From Cyanobacteria bacterium J06626_6 (lineage in GTDB: Bacteria > Cyanobacteriota > Cyanobacteriia > Phormidesmidales > Phormidesmidaceae), in contig JBCBJS010000025.1 in NCBI GenBank assembly GCA_038523095.1, positions 153-64,152 on the forward strand: DNA of 64,000 bases. The letters are read 5' to 3'. A model generated the notes under the pieces. The model saw only the letters and a program-made list of their open reading frames with translations, searched no databases and was not told the DNA's origin. Below, one piece after another: positions 58,825 through 64,000 of the stretch; positions within the stretch are counted from its first letter, which is position 1; each line of letters opens with the position of its first letter. A program made the position numbers and the translations under genes.

Positions 58825-60744
58825 ATGACAGCAACGATTTCCAACCTCCAACACCCCACAGCACAGCAAGCCAGCAACAAGAAAACCCTCCAGCAGACCT
58901 GGGACAACAGCGCCTTCTTTTCCGGCACTAGCGACCCGAATATTCCCAGCGCTGTAGATGTGCTCAAAGCAGACATTGCCACTATTCGTGAAGCCTGCCA
59001 GTCCTTCACCACCATTATCGAAACAGCCGAGACGCTCGCCAAAAGCGAATACACCCCCCTGATTGAAAAAATCCGTGACATTCACCAGCAGCGCAAAGAT
59101 GTGCTCGACCGCCTCGGCAACCTCAGTACCTACATCTACTCCGAGCTCAGCACCAACACCCAAGACCCTAGCGCCAACACCTACAAACCCATTCTCCAAA
59201 AGCTCAGCGCCGACCTCGAAGAGGTGATGACGCCATTTAATGTCTTTCTAATTCGCGCCAGTAAAGACTTCATAGAGACCCTGTTAAAAGACCCTGCACT
59301 CACCGAAATATCCTTTCTCATTCACCACTACCGCAAACAAAAAGACCAGCTGCTCAGCGTCGCCGAAGAACAGCTCATAACAGCCCTGTCAACTAACGGA
59401 CTCCATGCCTGGGGCAATCTCTACACCGAACTAGCTGGCACCTTAAAGTGTGACGTAAACAGTGACACTATCGGCCTAGCCAAGGCAGCCAATTTACTCA
59501 GTCACCCAGACTCAGAGCGCCGCCAGGCTGCCTGGTATGGCATTCGCGAGGCCTGGGCAACACAACAGTCAGCCGTTGCAGCAGGGCTCAATGCCATCAA
59601 TGGCTGGCGACTAGAAGAAGCGAAAAAAAGAAGTCATCATAGGCAGCTTCACTACCTAGATAAGAGCTGCCATCAGAGCCGCATCGAAAGAGAAACACTC
59701 GACGCGCTGATGGAAACCACCTATCGAAACCGAAGCATCGGTCATAGGGCTCTAAACGCCATGGCACAGGCGCTCGGCCAACCTAAAATGAACCCATGGG
59801 ACCTGATGGCACCTGCGCCCGCACTCGAGCCCAAAAAGAACGATCAGAACAACCCTGAGAACAGCGACAGCATTAGCTTTGATGATGCGATCGCACTGAT
59901 CGCAAATGCCTTCAACACACTCACCCCAGAGATGGGAGACTTTGCCATCATGATGGCAGAAAAGGGCTGGATAGATGGCAAACCTACTCCCAACCGTGCC
60001 ACAGGCGCTTACTGCACCCGATTTGCGAGCCCCCGCGAGCCACGCATTTTTCTCACTTACGAAGGCTCCATGGGAAATGTCATCACCCTCGCCCACGAGC
60101 TAGGCCATGCGTGGCATAACTGGGTCATGCGTGATTTGTCATCCATGGAAAGCCGCTACTCTATGACCCTCGCCGAAACCGCCAGCATCTTTGCAGAAAC
60201 CCTCGTACGCGACGCCCTCATGCAGCAGGCAACGACACCTGCTCAACAGCTCCAAATTGCCTGGGAAGATGCCAGCAGTGCCGCCGTCTTTTTAATCAAC
60301 ATTCCGGCTCGCTTCGAATTTGAAAAGCGCCTTGTCGAAGCTCGCAAGCTAGGTGCCCTCCGCCCCGACCAATTGAGAAAAATAATGGAAGAAAGCTGGG
60401 AGATGTGGTACGAAGATGCTCTCACAGAATACGACGATCTTTTTTGGGCAAGCAAACTTCATTTCTCAATTTCAGGATTAGGCTTTTACAATTACCCCTA
60501 TCTCTTTGGCTACCTTTTCAGTCTTGGCATCTACGCCCAGCAAAACACGTACGCCGACCAGTTCAATCAGCGCTACACCAACCTACTTCGAGACACCGGA
60601 ACAATGACAGCCGAAAACCTGGTCCAACGCCATTTGCAGAAAGATCTTCGCCAGCCCCTGTTCTGGGAAGACAGTCTAAAAATCGTAGAGAGCTCAGTCT
60701 CCCGGTTCGAGCAACTGGTAAAGTCAATTTCTTCTAACCAGTAA
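58825..60744 (+). CDS. M3 family oligoendopeptidase (PepF-like)
   Basis: GAYCT, TLAHELGHAWH (HExxH), AETAS, YNYPYLFG. Confidence 0.92.
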   Translation: MTATISNLQHPTAQQASNKKTLQQTWDNSAFFSGTSDPNIPSAVDVLKADIATIREACQSFTTIIETAETLAKSEYTPLIEKIRDIHQQRKDVLDRLGNLSTYIYSELSTNTQDPSANTYKPILQKLSADLEEVMTPFNVFLIRASKDFIETLLKDPALTEISFLIHHYRKQKDQLLSVAEEQLITALSTNGLHAWGNLYTELAGTLKCDVNSDTIGLAKAANLLSHPDSERRQAAWYGIREAWATQQSAVAAGLNAINGWRLEEAKKRSHHRQLHYLDKSCHQSRIERETLDALMETTYRNRSIGHRALNAMAQALGQPKMNPWDLMAPAPALEPKKNDQNNPENSDSISFDDAIALIANAFNTLTPEMGDFAIMMAEKGWIDGKPTPNRATGAYCTRFASPREPRIFLTYEGSMGNVITLAHELGHAWHNWVMRDLSSMESRYSMTLAETASIFAETLVRDALMQQATTPAQQLQIAWEDASSAAVFLINIPARFEFEKRLVEARKLGALRPDQLRKIMEESWEMWYEDALTEYDDLFWASKLHFSISGLGFYNYPYLFGYLFSLGIYAQQNTYADQFNQRYTNLLRDTGTMTAENLVQRHLQKDLRQPLFWEDSLKIVESSVSRFEQLVKSISSNQ

Positions 60745-60951
60745 CCTTCTAACCAGCACCTTTCTGATAGGTATGGCAAAGTGTCCTCATGCATCAAAAC
60801 ACTCGCCTATGCGTCTACCTCAGCGCCTACCTGCAGCGAGATATGTCCATACCCTTACCTATACACAACAAAGTAGCTCATACGGCTTTATGCTTGCCGT
60901 ATGAGCTACTTTCTGCGTTTTATATCCACGCTCTGTAAGCGCGCCAGAAAC

Positions 60952-61509
60952 TTATTCTGCCATCAGCCGGTAGGTACCGCGATCGCCCTTATACCACTCT
61001 CCGTCGCGCACCCCGCCAGACAACACATTCGAAATTCGATTCCGCGCTTTCAAGTACTGAGACTTAGGCATATCCTTAAACAGCGCATCCATCACTTCAG
61101 CAATCTTGAAAGACTTATCAGGCTGAGTCGACAAAACGAATCGAACCGCTTCTGGAATCGTCTTTTCTTTGACGCCCGGTCGCGTATACTTCTGCCAGCT
61201 AGCCGTTCTGCCGTCCTTCTTCTTTCCACCTTTCTTTTGCTTCGTGGATGTTGCTCTTGGGGTTCTCTTAGTCTCCTTCTTCACTTCAGCTGGTGCTTCT
61301 GCTTCATTCTCAGCATCGCTAGCTGCCAACTTTTGAGAAACAGCCGCGACCGCCGAAGCATCGTAAGAACCCTCTTCAAATAGCGGTAACACAGCACGGA
61401 CGCCATTGAGCTTCTCTCGAATTTCTTCTAATTGGGCAGCGACTGCTTCCTCTTGGCTCTCTAAATCTGAAGCAATTTCCTGCAGTTGAGGCAGTACAGT
61501 TTGAGTCAT
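60952..61509 (-). CDS. Hypothetical protein: coiled coil, Lys-rich linker, predicted winged-helix C-terminus
   Basis: Heptad N-terminus LQEIASDLESQEEAVAAQLEEIREKL; KKETKRTPR...KKGGKKK; helix-helix-helix-beta hairpin tail. Confidence 0.75.
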   Translation of the reverse strand: MTQTVLPQLQEIASDLESQEEAVAAQLEEIREKLNGVRAVLPLFEEGSYDASAVAAVSQKLAASDAENEAEAPAEVKKETKRTPRATSTKQKKGGKKKDGRTASWQKYTRPGVKEKTIPEAVRFVLSTQPDKSFKIAEVMDALFKDMPKSQYLKARNRISNVLSGGVRDGEWYKGDRGTYRLMAE

Positions 61510-61772
61510 GGATGAAATCTACAAAATGTGTTTTCTAGGAAACAATTTTAGCGCAACAGATGAAGTTTTTTTCAACTTATTAGAGATATCCCTAATTAAG
61601 TTATTTGACACTCCTCTTTTGCGCCCAGCAGAACAGTCAAAAAATCTAGAAAGCTTTGTTCTAAAAGCTGATTCGTATTTCTACAAAATAGTGCTCCGTA
61701 GCGTGCATTCCTTTGAAACGGCAAACATATGAAACGGCAACCACAAATATTTCCACTCAAGCGTTAGATATG

Positions 61773-61819
61773 TCTGAGTACATTCTGAGAATTTACTTTT
61801 TTCTCAGAATGTACTCAGA
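61773..61819. repeat. Perfect 19-bp inverted repeat
   Basis: TCTGAGTACATTCTGAGAA / TTCTCAGAATGTACTCAGA with a 9-nt loop; 13 nt past the tex stop. Confidence 0.9.
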
Positions 61820-61832
61820 AAATATGCAATAG

Positions 61833-64000
61833 CTAAGGCTTACGGCGATTGAAGCGATTCTTCAAATCTTCCGAGCTGAGAGGGAACTCATCGGTAACAG
61901 GCGCTTTCCCGCTGGAAGAGGTCGCATCAGTTCCCTTCTGATTAGAAACTTTTGGCAATGCCCTGCGAGATGTCAGCGTAGGTACAGACTTTGTCTTTTT
62001 GTTAGGCATCGGCTGTTTAGAAACTGACTTATTGTTAGATTTATCGCCGTTTTTTTCACGTTCTACGCGGTTGGTACTTTTAGCTAGCCGCATACTCAGC
62101 CCAACTCGTTTCAGTTTTTCCTGAACCTCTAACACCTGCACTTTCACAACCTGCCCTACCTGTACAATGGCGCCCGGATCCTTTACAAAAGTATCTGCCA
62201 TTTGAGAGATATGGACTAACCCGTCTTGATGCACGCCAATATCCACAAACGCCCCAAAGTTGGCCACATTGGTGACAACGCCTTCAAGTACCATGCCAAC
62301 TTCGAGATCTTTGATGTCGTTAATGCCCGCTGCAAACTGAGCATATGTAAATTCAGCCCTAGGGTCGCGGCCAGGTTTCTCAAGTTCGTTCAAAATATCT
62401 TTTAGCGTCGGCTCACCTATATCCTTAGTCACGTATTTGTTGAGCGGCAGCTGCCTTAACCTATCGCTCACCTGAGAAATCTCTCGCAGTGAAACCTTCA
62501 AATCCTTCGCCATTGCTGCCACCAAAGCATATCTCTCAGGATGCACAGCGGTATTGTCTAGCGGATTGTCGCCACTACGAATGCGTAAAAAGCCGGCAGC
62601 TTGCTCATAGGCCTTAGGGCCTAGCTTACTCACTTTGAGCAGGGTTTTGCGATCGCGAAACTGTCCTACTTCGTGCCGAAAGGTCACGATGTTTTGAGCG
62701 ATCGCTCCACTAATCCCAGAAACATACTGCAATAGCTCCCGAGATGCGGTATTCAAATCCACGCCCACATAGTTCACACAGCTCTCTACCGTGTCGTCTA
62801 ACTTTTGCCTCAAGCGCTTTTGATCCACATCATGCTGATACTGACCAACACCAATAGACTTTGGATCGAGTTTCACCAGCTCAGCTAACGGATCTTGCAA
62901 CCGTCTAGCAATGCTAATCGCTCCCCGCACCGTAATATCCAGCGTCGGAAATTCAGCAATAGCAATATCACTCGCAGAATATATAGAGGCACCCGACTCA
63001 TTCACCGTCACTTTTATCGGTGGATCTTCCAGCATCGTGAGGACTTCCGCAACAAACTCATCCGTTTCGCGGCTCGCCGTTCCGTTCCCAATGGCTATTA
63101 GCTTCACCCCATGCGTTTCAATAAGTCGAGTCAGCACTTTCACCGCATCTAACCGATGCCCCTGACCAGAGTGGGGATAGATAGCCTCATACGCCAAAAA
63201 CTGACCAAGCTCACTAATCGCCGCCACTTTACAGCCTGTACGAAAGCCAGGGTCAATCCCTAAAGTTGGCTTCATTCCTGCAGGAGAGCACAGCAATAGG
63301 TTGCGCAGGTTTTCAGCAAACGTTTGAATCGACTCATCGTCAGCCCAAGCTTTCCTATCTGCAATCACCTCATTGGTCAAAGAAGGCTTCATCAGCCGAT
63401 TAAAGCCATCTTTAACCAATGCTGAATAAAAAGAGGCTATGGCCCGGTCCTCAGTCTTCAGCTGGGTGCTGAGTAAATATGACAAAACCTCAGACTCATC
63501 GAAACTCAGAGAAAGCTTGAGCACGCCTTCTTTATCCCCACGAAGCAGTGCCAACAGGTTATGCGACGCTATCTTACTCACCGCATTCTGATAGCTGCGA
63601 TACATTTCATATTTCGTGCTGCCCTTGGGATAGCTCGACTTAATTTTTGAAGTAAAGACACCTTTTTTCAGCAGAAACTCACGAACAGAGGTTCGCAGCA
63701 CTGCTTGCTCAGCCATTTCTTCAGCCAAAATGTCGGCCGCACCCTGCAACGCATCATCTGTAGTAGGAATATCATCGCTGCGATAGGGTTGAGCGATCAC
63801 ATCCAGATCGACCGGACGCTGCCTAGCCCCATTTAGCCGAGAAATTTCATTTGCAAGCGGTTCGAGCCCTTTCTCCTTAGCAATCGTAGCCCTTGTACGT
63901 CGTTTTGGCCGATAAGGAAGGTAGAGATCTTCTAGCTCAGTCTTGCTTTGGCAGCGCTCAATTTTTGCTCTCAGATCAGGCGTCAATGCCTCCTGTTGTT
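61833..64000 (-). CDS. tex: Tex-family RNA-binding transcriptional accessory protein, 5'-partial
   Basis: LEDLYLPYRPKRRT, GIDPGFRTGCK, VNESGASIYSAS, SIGVGQYQHD, S1 domain GVVTNVANFGAFVDIG; frame open to the window edge. Confidence 0.93.
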   Translation of the reverse strand, partial: QQEALTPDLRAKIERCQSKTELEDLYLPYRPKRRTRATIAKEKGLEPLANEISRLNGARQRPVDLDVIAQPYRSDDIPTTDDALQGAADILAEEMAEQAVLRTSVREFLLKKGVFTSKIKSSYPKGSTKYEMYRSYQNAVSKIASHNLLALLRGDKEGVLKLSLSFDESEVLSYLLSTQLKTEDRAIASFYSALVKDGFNRLMKPSLTNEVIADRKAWADDESIQTFAENLRNLLLCSPAGMKPTLGIDPGFRTGCKVAAISELGQFLAYEAIYPHSGQGHRLDAVKVLTRLIETHGVKLIAIGNGTASRETDEFVAEVLTMLEDPPIKVTVNESGASIYSASDIAIAEFPTLDITVRGAISIARRLQDPLAELVKLDPKSIGVGQYQHDVDQKRLRQKLDDTVESCVNYVGVDLNTASRELLQYVSGISGAIAQNIVTFRHEVGQFRDRKTLLKVSKLGPKAYEQAAGFLRIRSGDNPLDNTAVHPERYALVAAMAKDLKVSLREISQVSDRLRQLPLNKYVTKDIGEPTLKDILNELEKPGRDPRAEFTYAQFAAGINDIKDLEVGMVLEGVVTNVANFGAFVDIGVHQDGLVHISQMADTFVKDPGAIVQVGQVVKVQVLEVQEKLKRVGLSMRLAKSTNRVEREKNGDKSNNKSVSKQPMPNKKTKSVPTLTSRRALPKVSNQKGTDATSSSGKAPVTDEFPLSSEDLKNRFNRRKP

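Noticed and set aside
60070-60083. ATGGGA-AA-TGTCAT (and ATGACA-GC-CGCCAT at about 8293) as operator copies
   Set aside because: Two mismatches and inside coding sequence; expected by chance.

Overview
A 64-kb chromosomal segment of a cyanobacterium. Evidence: dense HIP1 GCGATCGC octamers plus sqdB/sqdX, devBCA, glgB, glgA, GH57 and DUF2294 genes. A Leptolyngbya/Nodosilinea-like lineage is an inference only. About 50 protein-coding genes are present: a DevBCA exporter with detox-type neighbours, a P450, a MATE pump, sulfolipid and glycogen genes, Ada/AlkA-Ogt repair genes, several exported acidic proteins, an 11-kb co-oriented signalling run ending in a P-type ATPase and a diguanylate cyclase, a peptidase and tex. 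Three genes are broken: a RibD-like fragment, a truncated S9 peptidase and an Rpn gene with a nonsense codon. I see no rRNA, tRNA, CRISPR array, prophage or intact IS. The best leads are: (1) a 14-bp palindrome ATGACA-N2-TGTCAT in four promoter regions of the first 3.5 kb, with 22-bp-phased half-sites and a fifth copy before the P-type ATPase, suggesting an undescribed NarL/DesR-like regulon; (2) a 185-aa coiled-coil/basic-linker/winged-helix protein built like a xenogeneic silencer; (3) many unrelated 12-17 bp tandem duplications sitting on start and stop codons. All family assignments are from motif recognition by eye; no database search was run.
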